Part shown: positions 18,504-28,319 of the stretch, one piece after another | How positions within the stretch are numbered: the first letter of the stretch is position 1 | How the letters are laid out: each line of letters opens with the position of its first letter | Source of the DNA: Parcubacteria group bacterium GW2011_GWC1_45_13 | GTDB taxonomy: Bacteria > Patescibacteriota > Minisyncoccia > UBA11713 > 2-01-FULL-45-33 | Direction: 5' to 3' | DNA length: 64,000 nt | Assembly: GCA_001001285.1 (NCBI GenBank) | Contig: LCKG01000001.1 | Span: 39,223-103,222, forward strand | The notes under the pieces: generated by a model | What the model saw: only the letters and a program-made list of their open reading frames with translations | Database searches by the model: none | What the model was told of the DNA's origin: nothing | Position numbers and translations under genes: made by a program

Positions 18504-20444
18504 TTATTTTAACTCCCGCAAGATTTTTTTGGCTGCGGAGACGCAAGTGATAACTTTCCCGCTGAAAATTGAAAAACAGCCGAATCCGTGGAAAGCGACG
18601 ACGGTCGGCCGCGCGTCGGTCCCGGCGGAAGCTGGTTCGGTCGGCAGAATAACAAACATTGATTTGATATATTCGCTGTTTTTTAGTATTGGGAACCATC
18701 TTGAACACCTTTCCTTCATTTCCTCCCAGCGTGGCGCGGGGAGTTTGCGAATTTTATCCAAAGAAAGACTTTTTAAATTTACATAGCTTTTATGGACCGA
18801 GAGCGGCACATCCCCCAAAGTGTATAAATTGCCATGGCTATCCATCGGCAGAATTGTGGCAAAGGGACCGTCCATAATGGTGACGGCGCATTTATCACTG
18901 GTCTTGAGGCGCACTACAGCCAGTTCTTTCAGCCGAAAATTTAAATTTTTCAACGGAAAGCCCAGCCAATCGCAAAAGTTATTGTACCGAGCGTAAGTAG
19001 CGTTAATAACACAGTCAAATTCTTCCGAACTTTTCGAGCCGTTTTTAGAGTTAATAATCAAAGTTTTCTTCCCATCCTTATTCAGCCGCGCTGATAAAAT
19101 CTCTGAATTAAGTTTTAGTTTAACATTCTGGTTGCCGCGAAGTTCCCTGCTAACCAAATTTTTCAATTTTTTATAATCATAAACCGCCTCCGGAGTCCGG
19201 ACGGAAAGACTCACCGTGTCGCGGTTTAAAAAGATTTTCGGCGGGTAAGCCCTTTTTGCGGGCAAGCCGTTTTGTTTACAAACTTTTAAAAATTGTTTCG
19301 CGGAAACCAGCGACCCTTTTTGGGAAACGCAATAATAGCTTGGGAATCCGGAAGATATCGCCTCGCGATAAACTGACTCAAAATCGCGCCTCGCTTCACG
19401 GACCTCTTGTATAGTTTCTGGGCTTCGCGGATAATGATATCCGTAATGGTGCCTGTATTGGTTTGCCAGCGAAGCCTCGGCGAGCAATCCGGATTTTTTT
19501 TCAAATAAAGTAACCGGAAAATATTTTCCGATAATAATAGCCGCTGTGGCGCCAAAAATGCCTCCGCCGATTATCGCCACACTGGGGGTTTTCGGCCGTT
19601 GAGACTGCTTTGCCGCTTCCACTATTTCAATAATCCGCGCGCCGATTTCTCCGTCCGGATAAGAAATCTTCCTGCCGCGTAAAATATCGATAAATAATGT
19701 TAGCTCTTTTGCCAGCGGCTCCACAGTTACGGGGCGGGTAAAATCACAAATGATTTTTTTGTCTCCAGACATCACAAAATTTAGCGTCCTAATTTTTTGG
19801 TCGTTCCTCCAACCAATTTTAAAATGCGCATCGGCACCGTTTGGATAGCGCAAATAAACATCTTTTAGGTATTTTGTGCCTTTGCTCCAAATTACCTTTG
19901 GTTTTTCGCCAAACAAATAATCCAGAACGTCAAACCAGTGAAGCTCTTCCAAAAGCGGGTCATACCCCTCATAAGTTGCGATAGGGCTGATAAATTCGCC
20001 CTCAATTTGTTTCAGATTCTTAAATTTCGGCGCTAGCGATTTTAGTTTTTCGGTCAGCGGATGAAATCGGTAAATATGGCCGACCATCAAAATTTTTTTA
20101 TGTTTTTTCGCGTAATCCCGCAATATATTTGCTTCTTCAGCCGTTTCCGCTAACGGCTTTTCAACAAACACGTCGGCATAGCGGAGGCATTTTTTTATCA
20201 GGGAAAAATGGGTTTGGTAAGGAGTAACTATATCCACCGCATCCGCTTTTTTCAAAAGGGACGGTTTTAAATCGGTGAAAATCGGCATGTCGTATTCTTT
20301 TTGGAGTTCTTGTTGATTTTTCTTTGTTTTAACTACAACGCCAGCCAGAGTTAATTTCCCTTGTTTTTCCAACAAGAGCAAATTACGGAGATGTTTTTTC
20401 CCGAATCTCCCGGCACCGACCAGCAATATTTTAGGTTTTTTCAT
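18504..20444 (-). CDS. Gfo/Idh/MocA oxidoreductase fused to FAD-dependent oxidoreductase
   Basis: VGAGRFG..VEKP..GH; second GGGIFG FAD motif, NQ..H.GYHYPRS, MDGPF. Confidence 0.85.
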   Translation of the reverse strand: MKKPKILLVGAGRFGKKHLRNLLLLEKQGKLTLAGVVVKTKKNQQELQKEYDMPIFTDLKPSLLKKADAVDIVTPYQTHFSLIKKCLRYADVFVEKPLAETAEEANILRDYAKKHKKILMVGHIYRFHPLTEKLKSLAPKFKNLKQIEGEFISPIATYEGYDPLLEELHWFDVLDYLFGEKPKVIWSKGTKYLKDVYLRYPNGADAHFKIGWRNDQKIRTLNFVMSGDKKIICDFTRPVTVEPLAKELTLFIDILRGRKISYPDGEIGARIIEIVEAAKQSQRPKTPSVAIIGGGIFGATAAIIIGKYFPVTLFEKKSGLLAEASLANQYRHHYGYHYPRSPETIQEVREARRDFESVYREAISSGFPSYYCVSQKGSLVSAKQFLKVCKQNGLPAKRAYPPKIFLNRDTVSLSVRTPEAVYDYKKLKNLVSRELRGNQNVKLKLNSEILSARLNKDGKKTLIINSKNGSKSSEEFDCVINATYARYNNFCDWLGFPLKNLNFRLKELAVVRLKTSDKCAVTIMDGPFATILPMDSHGNLYTLGDVPLSVHKSYVNLKSLSLDKIRKLPAPRWEEMKERCSRWFPILKNSEYIKSMFVILPTEPASAGTDARPTVVAFHGFGCFSIFSGKVITCVSAAKKILRELK

Positions 20445-21112
20445 TTTTTTGAAAAACGCGTAATGAAAACTACTTTTAACAAATTAATGCCGGCCTCCAT
20501 CATGTTAGAAAATTTTATTTTCGATCCTCCGGTCTTTCGCAAGCCGTGAGAAACAGTAACTTCACAAACTTTCGCTCCCCTGCTTTTTGCTATCGCCGGC
20601 AAAAAAATCTGCATTTGCCCCCAGAGCCTGAAATCTTTAATAAACTTGCTACGATAGGCCTTAAGCCCGCATCCAAAATCATGTATGTTTGTCCTCAAAG
20701 CCAAACGCGTTAATAAATTCGCAAAACGCGAAAACAAAATTCGCGGCATTGCGTCCTGCCTATTTTGGCGCCGGCCTACCGCCACATCGCATCCTTCAGA
20801 TATTTTTCCCAGAAGTTTCAAAATATCTTCGGGATCATTCTGCAAATCCGCGTCTATAAAAACTATAATTTCCCCATTCGCGGCTTGCATGCCTGTATCC
20901 AGCGCCAGAGTCTGGCCGCGATTTTTTGCGCAGGAAATCAATTTGAGGGGCTTTAAGTTTTTGGCTTCTTTTTCGGTATTGTCGGTTGAGCCGTCGTTCA
21001 CGAAAATAATTTCAAAGGCATCTTTTTGCTTTCCCATCGCCTCCACAATCCGGCAATGCAATTCTTTTATAGTTTTCTCCTCGTTAAAAACAGGGACAAC
21101 AACAGAAATCAT
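20441..21112 (-). CDS. GT2 (ArnC/DPM-like), short paralog of 28990-29916
   Basis: PVFNEE, NDGSTD, DADLQNDP, HDFGCGLKAYR. Confidence 0.9.
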   Translation of the reverse strand: MISVVVPVFNEEKTIKELHCRIVEAMGKQKDAFEIIFVNDGSTDNTEKEAKNLKPLKLISCAKNRGQTLALDTGMQAANGEIIVFIDADLQNDPEDILKLLGKISEGCDVAVGRRQNRQDAMPRILFSRFANLLTRLALRTNIHDFGCGLKAYRSKFIKDFRLWGQMQIFLPAIAKSRGAKVCEVTVSHGLRKTGGSKIKFSNMMEAGINLLKVVFITRFSKK

Positions 21113-21143
21113 ATGCCTGATTATATAGAAAAACAGCCGTTTT

Positions 21144-21878
21144 TCAACTCAACCATTTCTCAAAATCGGAGAGAAATTGGTTTACGACTTGGTCGGTTTT
21201 GAAGTGAGAAATCATGTCTGGGAAAAATTTGGGAGGAACAGTCACAATATGCGCTCCGGCCAAACGCGCATCCCTTACATCCACCGCTCCGCGCATGCTA
21301 CCGGTAATAATTTCAGAAGGAATCTTGTCCTGATCAAAAATCTGCCGGGTAGCCTGAACCACTTTAAACGGATTAAAATCGTCGCCATCAAGCGCTTTTT
21401 TATTTATAGCCTCATCGCGCTCTTTAGTCATGGCAGCGTCAGTTCCTCCATCACGAATTCTACCCCAAAACAAACTGACATATTTCGCGCCTGCGCGAGC
21501 GGCCATTACCGCTTGTGTCACATTCATGCAGGCGGTGCAATTTACCGAAATGCCCGCTGCGCTCAATTTTTTAATGGTTTCCAGCTCGTCCCACCCAACC
21601 TGAACCTTAATACTCATCTCCGGATATCCAAACTGTTTTATAAATTTCTGGGCTTGATCCAAAATTGTTTTTTGGTCGCGCGAAAATACCTCCACGCTCA
21701 AGTGAATCCCGGGCTGGTATTTTTTAATTAGATCAATAATTTTTCCGATATGCGCCTCAAAAGACGATTTTGGCTCTTTCGCCAAAAGCGAAGGGTTTGT
21801 GGTAATGCCTTGAGCAAACCCCCGCTTTAAACTCTCCTCAATATCTGTTAAATTCGCGCTATCAATGAATATTTTCAT
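21144..21878 (-). CDS. tal: Transaldolase / FSA-like
   Basis: FIDSAN, GITTNPSL, IKV catalytic Lys, VNCTA, YVSLFWGRI. Confidence 0.9.
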   Translation of the reverse strand: MKIFIDSANLTDIEESLKRGFAQGITTNPSLLAKEPKSSFEAHIGKIIDLIKKYQPGIHLSVEVFSRDQKTILDQAQKFIKQFGYPEMSIKVQVGWDELETIKKLSAAGISVNCTACMNVTQAVMAARAGAKYVSLFWGRIRDGGTDAAMTKERDEAINKKALDGDDFNPFKVVQATRQIFDQDKIPSEIITGSMRGAVDVRDARLAGAHIVTVPPKFFPDMISHFKTDQVVNQFLSDFEKWLS

Positions 21879-22434
21879 ATATATATTCTACAGCTTCTGA
21901 TAAATTTGTCACATGAATGTCTGCGGCAATATCTTTGTTTTGCGAATCATCTATCAAAATAGTTTTGCATCCCGCGGCTTGGCCGGCTTTTACATCGCTT
22001 TCCGAATCGCCAACTATAAATGAATTTTGCAAATCAATCCCCCATTTTTTCGCCGCTTCCAACAACATGCCAGGTTTCGGTTTTTTGCATTCACATCCGT
22101 CGTCCCTCCCATGCGCGCAAACAAAAATATCATCCAGCGGAAGTTTTTTAACGTCAGCCATTATTTTATCGTATTCTAATTGGGACATATTTTCATAAAT
22201 CACGTCAGGCTGATTAGTCACTAAAATTTTTAAAAAACTAGATCTGCCCAGTTCTTTCAAAGCCGTCGCAACGCCGTTTTTGAGATGAAATTCGTCATGC
22301 CTCCACGGAGCGGTCCATCGTACCTGCTTGCCTTTCACAAAAAAATTTTCGCCGCGGTCCACGGTATCGTTTATCACTCCATCGCGGTCAAGAAAAACCG
22401 CCCGCCTGCCTCGCCAAGCCAAGGCGGGCCTCAA
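21862..22434 (-). CDS. gmhB: D,D-heptose 1,7-bisphosphate phosphatase; TTG start overlapping gmhA stop
   Basis: AVFLDRDGVIN, VTNQPD, C.H....CECKKPKPG, GDSESD. Confidence 0.9.
   Translation of the reverse strand: MRPALAWRGRRAVFLDRDGVINDTVDRGENFFVKGKQVRWTAPWRHDEFHLKNGVATALKELGRSSFLKILVTNQPDVIYENMSQLEYDKIMADVKKLPLDDIFVCAHGRDDGCECKKPKPGMLLEAAKKWGIDLQNSFIVGDSESDVKAGQAAGCKTILIDDSQNKDIAADIHVTNLSEAVEYIYENIH
22405..22428 (-). repeat. 24-nt palindromic micro-element, in frame in gmhB
   Basis: CCCGCCTTGGCTTGGCGAGGCAGG; 22/24 identical to 61034-61057; removal gives MRRAVFLDRDG. Confidence 0.85.
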
Positions 22435-23048
22435 GACAGTATCGGTTTTTGGACTGATTCCCATTTTCCTTCGGTCATTTTTAATTCCGGATGAAAAACT
22501 ATGGCATGCCAAATAACGGCTTGCCAGGCCTCGGCGTGCGCCGTAACATTTTCCTGGTTGACGACTGGGACAAGAACACAGGCGTCGGCCATTTTCGCGG
22601 TGTACCCGCCGTCCCGGCTGACGATGCCGACAATTTTCGCGCCCACTTCTTTCGCATGATTCAACGCGTGCACAATATTCGCGCTCACGTTTTTTTCGGC
22701 GTTTCCTCCGCCCACGGAAAGCACCAACACCGCGTCGCTCGGCGTTACGTGGTTATGCTTAAGCCAACCCACAAAAACAGAGTCCCAACCATCATCATTT
22801 ACTCTGGCGGTGAGCTCCGCGACATTATCTGTTGGAGAATAAGACTGGATATGGGCAATTTTCCGAAAATCGTTTACAGCATGCGATGCGTTGGCGGCAG
22901 ACCCCCCGACTCCAAGAATAAAAAGTCGTCCTTTTTTTTCTCGCACATCGCGCAAAATTTCAATAGTCTTATGTATTGAGCCCTGGTCTATTTTTCCGGC
23001 GATTTCCGCGACCTCATTCAAATACACCGCTATATGGTCTTTTGACAT
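22431..23048 (-). CDS. gmhA: SIS-domain phosphoheptose isomerase
   Basis: GVGGSAANASH, LTARVND, HAE..Q...H. Confidence 0.85.
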   Translation of the reverse strand: MSKDHIAVYLNEVAEIAGKIDQGSIHKTIEILRDVREKKGRLFILGVGGSAANASHAVNDFRKIAHIQSYSPTDNVAELTARVNDDGWDSVFVGWLKHNHVTPSDAVLVLSVGGGNAEKNVSANIVHALNHAKEVGAKIVGIVSRDGGYTAKMADACVLVPVVNQENVTAHAEAWQAVIWHAIVFHPELKMTEGKWESVQKPILS

Positions 23049-23064
23049 ATATTTTTATAACGCG

Positions 23065-24189
23065 CTAGTAACCAAAAAGTATCCCTTCTTTTTTAAGCTG
23101 GTCGTAATTTTTATCTAAATTTTCTTTTAAATTCTTAAACTGGCGAACCCATTTCAAATATTCGCTAACCGCCTCCGCAAGCGCATACTTCGGCCTCCAG
23201 CCCAATGCTTTTAATTTGTCCATGTCCATCGGCGAATGCCTCGCGTCACCGGCGCGAAACCTGTTGTTCAAAGACGGCCAGAACGGCACTTCCGCCGCGT
23301 TTGAAACCATTTCAGCTAAATCTATAATTTTTGTATTGTTCCCGCTTCCGAAATTAAAAATCTGGAAATCAGCTCGGGAATCCTCCAAAACCTTAAGATA
23401 GGCGCTAGCCGTGTCTCGCACATCAACAAAATCCCTTGATTGCTGGCCGTCCTCGTTAATTTTTATGGGCTCATTATTTAAAACATTAACAGCGAAAGCC
23501 CTTAGCGCACCCGAGTAAAAATGCCTGAATGATTGCCTTGGCCCCAATGCGATGCTCACGCGCGAAATCACGCTTGAGACGCCGTATTTTTTGCCGAGAT
23601 TCATTAAAAGCTGTTCGCTTGCCAGCTTTGAAATGCCGTATGGAATTTGAGGGAAAAGCGTATCGTCTTCCTTTTCTGGAAGAAAAGTCAGAGTCTCGCC
23701 GCAATCCTTGCAGATATAATCCCAGCGGCGATTTTTTAAGTCGTTTATGGTTCTCGGCTCCGGATAAATTGAGCCGTGATTTTTGCATCGGTATTTGCCG
23801 TGCCCATAAACTGATTGCGAAGACGCAGCAATAATTTTTTTAATCGGAATCTTGTTTTCAACTACAGATTCAAACATCAAAGCGATGCTCTCAACATTCG
23901 TGCTGACATAATTGCTGAAATCCGGATGCTGGTCCATGTAAGCTGCGAGGTGAATAACCGCTTCCACGCCGTTCAACGCTTTTCGCCAATCTTTTTTAAT
24001 CCGTACGTCGCCTTTTAAAAATTCCGCCTTTTTATTGAACCATTCCGGTAATTTGCCGTTGTGCGTCGGCGGAGCCAAATTGTCCAAAACCCGGACAGTA
24101 TAACCGTTGTCTATCAGCGTGTCCACAACATGCGAGCCAATAAACCCCGCTCCTCCGGTAACCAGCACATTTTTAGTACCATTTGCCAT
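23065..24189 (-). CDS. NAD-dependent epimerase/dehydratase with Cys insert; start MANGTKN
   Basis: TGGAGFIGSH, ASSQSVYG, CxxH..CxxC, YGISK. Confidence 0.9.
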   Translation of the reverse strand: MANGTKNVLVTGGAGFIGSHVVDTLIDNGYTVRVLDNLAPPTHNGKLPEWFNKKAEFLKGDVRIKKDWRKALNGVEAVIHLAAYMDQHPDFSNYVSTNVESIALMFESVVENKIPIKKIIAASSQSVYGHGKYRCKNHGSIYPEPRTINDLKNRRWDYICKDCGETLTFLPEKEDDTLFPQIPYGISKLASEQLLMNLGKKYGVSSVISRVSIALGPRQSFRHFYSGALRAFAVNVLNNEPIKINEDGQQSRDFVDVRDTASAYLKVLEDSRADFQIFNFGSGNNTKIIDLAEMVSNAAEVPFWPSLNNRFRAGDARHSPMDMDKLKALGWRPKYALAEAVSEYLKWVRQFKNLKENLDKNYDQLKKEGILFGY

Positions 24190-24193
24190 AAAT

Positions 24194-25192
24194 CTAATTT
24201 TGCTTGTAAACTTCTTCAATTATTTTTAAAACCTTGAGGGCATCAGCGGCGTTTGGTGAGGGCGTTCTTTTTTCATCTATTGATTTAATAAACTCTTTAA
24301 GTTCCAAACGCAAGGCGTTGTCCGCGTCTGGATTGCAAATAATCTTTTTTTCTTTCAATATCTGCTTTTTATGGTCGTATCTGCCGATTGTTAAAATTTC
24401 TCCATTTCCGTATCTACGGCCAAAGCCGTCAATAGAACAATAACCCTTGCTCCCAAAAATTTCAAACGAAAAAATCGGTTTCCACTCGGTTATGCCGACA
24501 TGCAGTGAGCCGATTTTCCCACGTGGCGTCTCTAGCAAAACGAAAGCGTTGTCTTCCACTTTTGTTTTCCAAAAAAGATTGTTTTTCATGCCCGCGACTT
24601 TTTTTACAAGTTCTCCGAAAAACCAGTTAATCAGGTCTATGGCGTGCAAACCTTGGTCCATAAGCACTCCTCCGCCGGCTAGCTTTTTATTCATGCGCCA
24701 TTCTCTGCCATAGCCGGGCCGTCCCGGATGCCCGTGCCTGATTCTAATGAAATCAATTTCTCCGATTATGCCGCTTTCAACAATTTTTTTAGCGCGCCTT
24801 ATTGAATCAAAAGAGCGGTAATTAAATCCAACCATTAAACGCAGATTTTTTTGTTTGGCAAGTTTAAGCAGTATTTCCATTTCTTTGGCAGTGCGGCTGC
24901 CTGGCTTTTCCACAAAAACATGCTTTCCCGCCAAAAGCGCGGCGCGAGCCAAAGAATATAAAAACTTATGCGGCGTGACGATAAACACCGCGTCCACTCT
25001 TGATTTAAACGCATCTTTATAATTTTTTGAAAAATCCGCGCCACAATCTTCGGCTACCTTCCTAGCCGCTGGCAAATCTTTATCAATAACGATTTTGAGC
25101 GATGCTTTTCCAAATTCGTTTATAATTTTCGCCCAGCGCGTTCCCATGCGGCCAGCTCCGATTATCCCAAAATTATATTTTTTACCAGTCAT
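24194..25192 (-). CDS. Gfo/Idh/MocA oxidoreductase; start MTGKKY
   Basis: IIGAGRMG, VEKP, VGFN, GGGVLMDQGLH. Confidence 0.9.
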   Translation of the reverse strand: MTGKKYNFGIIGAGRMGTRWAKIINEFGKASLKIVIDKDLPAARKVAEDCGADFSKNYKDAFKSRVDAVFIVTPHKFLYSLARAALLAGKHVFVEKPGSRTAKEMEILLKLAKQKNLRLMVGFNYRSFDSIRRAKKIVESGIIGEIDFIRIRHGHPGRPGYGREWRMNKKLAGGGVLMDQGLHAIDLINWFFGELVKKVAGMKNNLFWKTKVEDNAFVLLETPRGKIGSLHVGITEWKPIFSFEIFGSKGYCSIDGFGRRYGNGEILTIGRYDHKKQILKEKKIICNPDADNALRLELKEFIKSIDEKRTPSPNAADALKVLKIIEEVYKQN

Positions 25193-25982
25193 AACCGCGA
25201 TCTTCAGGTTTAATTCTACGCCAGTTATAAATATCCGATTGTTTAAGCTTTTCCAAATGGTTTGAAAACTCTTGCCACTTGTCCCAAACGGCACTAATGT
25301 TCTTGCCGGTTATTCCGTTGGATTTTCCCGAAGCCAAAAAGACAGCTAATTCCGCGGCTTTTTCAGGAGACACTGTTTTCATCTCGCCTTTTGTCTGTTT
25401 CAGCGCCGCTTCGTATTGGTCTTTGCCGGCTTTTTCAGCTCCCGCTTCTACCAAATCCCTGGTGAGGCCGGAATTAACAAGACCTGGAGAAATTGCATTT
25501 ATTTCAATCCCAAAATCGCTAAATTCTTTTGATAACGATTCTACAAGCCGTAAAACCGCTCCTTTGGAACTTGCGTAGGAAGTAAAATTCGGCAGAGGAG
25601 CGTCTCCTCCTCCGGCAAAAGCGATAATTTTTCCATTCCCGTTTTTTTTGAGCATGGGCAAAGCGTATTTTATGGAAAGCATCATGCCATACAAATTAAC
25701 TTTTATGGCATCCAACCATTTCTCCGCGTCGCACTGTTCTAGAGAGCCTATTTCTCCGTAAGTTCCGGCGGCGGTTACTAAAATATCAAGCGATCCAAAT
25801 TTTTTTTCAACCAAATTCATAAGGGTTTTAACACTTTCGGGACTGGCGATATCAACCGAATAATTTCCGGATCTGCTGGCTGTTATAACTTCGCATCCTT
25901 CTCGCTCAAAAAACTCGGCGGTGGTTTTACCTATAGCGCCGCTTCCTCCAGTAATTAAAGCTTTTTTATTTTTTAAAATCAT
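25182..25982 (-). CDS. Classical SDR oxidoreductase; start MILKNK
   Basis: TGGSGAIG, YASSK, NAISPG. Confidence 0.9.
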   Translation of the reverse strand: MILKNKKALITGGSGAIGKTTAEFFEREGCEVITASRSGNYSVDIASPESVKTLMNLVEKKFGSLDILVTAAGTYGEIGSLEQCDAEKWLDAIKVNLYGMMLSIKYALPMLKKNGNGKIIAFAGGGDAPLPNFTSYASSKGAVLRLVESLSKEFSDFGIEINAISPGLVNSGLTRDLVEAGAEKAGKDQYEAALKQTKGEMKTVSPEKAAELAVFLASGKSNGITGKNISAVWDKWQEFSNHLEKLKQSDIYNWRRIKPEDRGYDW

Positions 25983-27310
25983 AAATTTTTTGATATGCCG
26001 ATTCCCTGATAATGAAATCCTGCCTTGCGGATTTCCTGCTCGCGCTCCCAAAAGATATTTTTTGCATCAAAAAATATCTTTGGCTCTTTCATTATAGGCG
26101 CCATCTTTTTAAAATCTAGGTCCCGATATTCAGAGCATCCGGTCATTACAATCAAAGCGCTGCTACCTTCAACCATCTTATAAGGGTCGTCATAAAATAT
26201 ACATTTAGCTGTGGCCATAACTTCTTCTTTATTTGCCAACGGGTCATGACAGCGGATTTCTTTAACCATAGGCGCCAGGTCTCTGACAACCTGTACCGAA
26301 AGAGAGTGCCTCAAAGTTGAGGTTCCCGGCTTATAAGTCATACCTAAAACACCGATGGTCGCTTGGCTTAAATTTTTGATTTCCCCCTTTAAAAAATCTG
26401 CCAACAGACGCCAGCGCTCTTTATTTTTTGTTACCGCTCCGAAAATTACCGGGAGTTTAATTTTTTTTGCTTTAGCTTTGTCAAGCAACACAGCTAGATC
26501 GCGCCCCAGCGTGCCTCCGGAAAAACCGATGCTGGCGTCCAAATAAGCTGCGCCGCCTATCCGTGAATCGCTTTTAAGAGCTTTCGTAACCTCCAAAACG
26601 TTGGCTCCGTATTTTTCACAGACGTCGGCAATATCATAAATAAAACTCAAAGATGTGGCCAGAAAAGCGTTGAGAGCGTGCTTGGCCATCTCCGCGGACG
26701 GAATACTTATTGTCTCTATGGGCGCGCCAAGCGGCGAAAAAATATTCTCAACAATTAGTTTCATATTCTGGGCATCTGTGCCAACGATAATACGCGCCGG
26801 TTTTAAAAAATTTTCCAGCGCTTTGCCGAGCTGTAAATTCTCCGGCTGGTAAGCGTAGCCGAAATTGAGGCCGGGGCGGAGGCTGGAAACCAACGCTTTC
26901 AACTCCGCCGAACTGCCCACAGGCAGCTGGCTGGAAAAAATTAATGCTGTTTCTTTTTTAAAATAAGAAGCCGCGTCGGTTATCATCTGTTTTATATTGG
27001 AAATATCAGGCATATCGTTTCTGTCAATCTCCGTATCAATAGTAAACCAGAACACATTGCGCTTTTTTAAATCGTCCAAGTTATTTGTATAAGCCAGCCG
27101 CCCGCTTAGCATATTTTTCTTTATCAATTCCGGCAAACCCGACTCATGGACCGGCGGCTCGCCGGAGTTAAGAAGGCTTACGGTGTTTGCATCGCGATCG
27201 TAGCCGATGACATCGTGCCCCAGTTCGGCTAAACAAGCCGAGTAAACGCTGCCCAGATGCCATAATCCCAGGATGCCGATTGCATATTTTTGATTCGCCG
27301 CATTAAACAT
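25979..27310 (-). CDS. UDP-glucose/GDP-mannose dehydrogenase-family protein (catalytic Cys absent)
   Basis: GLWHLG, PENL..G, AEMAK..N, GFSGGTL in place of GGxC. Confidence 0.85.
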   Translation of the reverse strand: MFNAANQKYAIGILGLWHLGSVYSACLAELGHDVIGYDRDANTVSLLNSGEPPVHESGLPELIKKNMLSGRLAYTNNLDDLKKRNVFWFTIDTEIDRNDMPDISNIKQMITDAASYFKKETALIFSSQLPVGSSAELKALVSSLRPGLNFGYAYQPENLQLGKALENFLKPARIIVGTDAQNMKLIVENIFSPLGAPIETISIPSAEMAKHALNAFLATSLSFIYDIADVCEKYGANVLEVTKALKSDSRIGGAAYLDASIGFSGGTLGRDLAVLLDKAKAKKIKLPVIFGAVTKNKERWRLLADFLKGEIKNLSQATIGVLGMTYKPGTSTLRHSLSVQVVRDLAPMVKEIRCHDPLANKEEVMATAKCIFYDDPYKMVEGSSALIVMTGCSEYRDLDFKKMAPIMKEPKIFFDAKNIFWEREQEIRKAGFHYQGIGISKNL

Positions 27311-27311
27311 A

Positions 27312-28319
27312 TTATAAAATCATAGTTCGCGGCTTGTTCACTAAAACCTGCGTGCCCGCTGAATCCACGGAAAACTGAACCTCCCGCAGGCCATACTGGG
27401 AAAATACTCTGCGGACAGTTGGCTGCGCTCCTTCTCTGCAATAAATTAAAAAAAACCCGCCGCCGCCTGCGCCGACAATCTTACCGCCAAGCGCCCCGGC
27501 CTGCTTGGCTTTTTCGTAAATCTCATCAAACTCATCATTGCTTATTTTTGCGGACATTTTTTTCTTTATATGCCAGTGTTCGTCCATTAAACTGCCGAAT
27601 TCATCCAGTTTGCCGGCTTCAAAAACGTTAAAAATATTTTGGCCTATTTTTTTGGTTTGGTGTTTAAGTTCTAAAGCGCTTTCTTTATTCTCCCGAATAT
27701 CAGTTTGCTGCTCTTTTAAAATATCCTCGCTGGAGCGGCGCACTCCCGTATAAAATAAAAGTGCTCTACGTTCAAATTCCCGCTGGGTCGCTATGGAAAT
27801 ATCGGCGTTGGAAACAGTAACGGCTCCGGAAGTATCAATGTCCAAAACGCAAAAATTGCCGAAAGACGCCAGATAAAAATCCTGTTTGCCGTCCGGCAAG
27901 CCAGAGTCACGGGTGGCAATGTCAAAAGCCTCTTCGGCCAGATGCCGCCGGGACATATTTTCTCCTTTTAAAGTATGTAGGGCGTTTAAGAGCCCTACCA
28001 AATAACTGGCAGAGCTCCCCATCCCCGTTCCATCCGAGACATCTGCTTTTGAAGAAATTTCAATCATTTTTGCTATGCCGGTTCGTTTAAGAGCTGCTTT
28101 GGCTAATCTATGTTTCAGATCGTCAATATTTTCTACTTCCTCGCTTTCGCGATATTTCAGGCGTATCAAATCGTCCACGGGTGGGCGAATTACGCCAATA
28201 TACATGTATAAATTAATCGCCACCGCGAAAATAAACCCGCCGTGCTTTTCATAATAAGCAGGCAGATCTGTAGACCCGCCTCCTAAGGGCAGACGAAATG
28301 GCGTTCTGGTTAAAATCAT
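27312..28319 (-). CDS. hddA: GHMP kinase, heptose-7-phosphate 1-kinase-like
   Basis: PFRLPLGGGSTD, GMGSS, GKQD, GAGGGGF. Confidence 0.85.
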   Translation of the reverse strand: MILTRTPFRLPLGGGSTDLPAYYEKHGGFIFAVAINLYMYIGVIRPPVDDLIRLKYRESEEVENIDDLKHRLAKAALKRTGIAKMIEISSKADVSDGTGMGSSASYLVGLLNALHTLKGENMSRRHLAEEAFDIATRDSGLPDGKQDFYLASFGNFCVLDIDTSGAVTVSNADISIATQREFERRALLFYTGVRRSSEDILKEQQTDIRENKESALELKHQTKKIGQNIFNVFEAGKLDEFGSLMDEHWHIKKKMSAKISNDEFDEIYEKAKQAGALGGKIVGAGGGGFFLIYCREGAQPTVRRVFSQYGLREVQFSVDSAGTQVLVNKPRTMIL

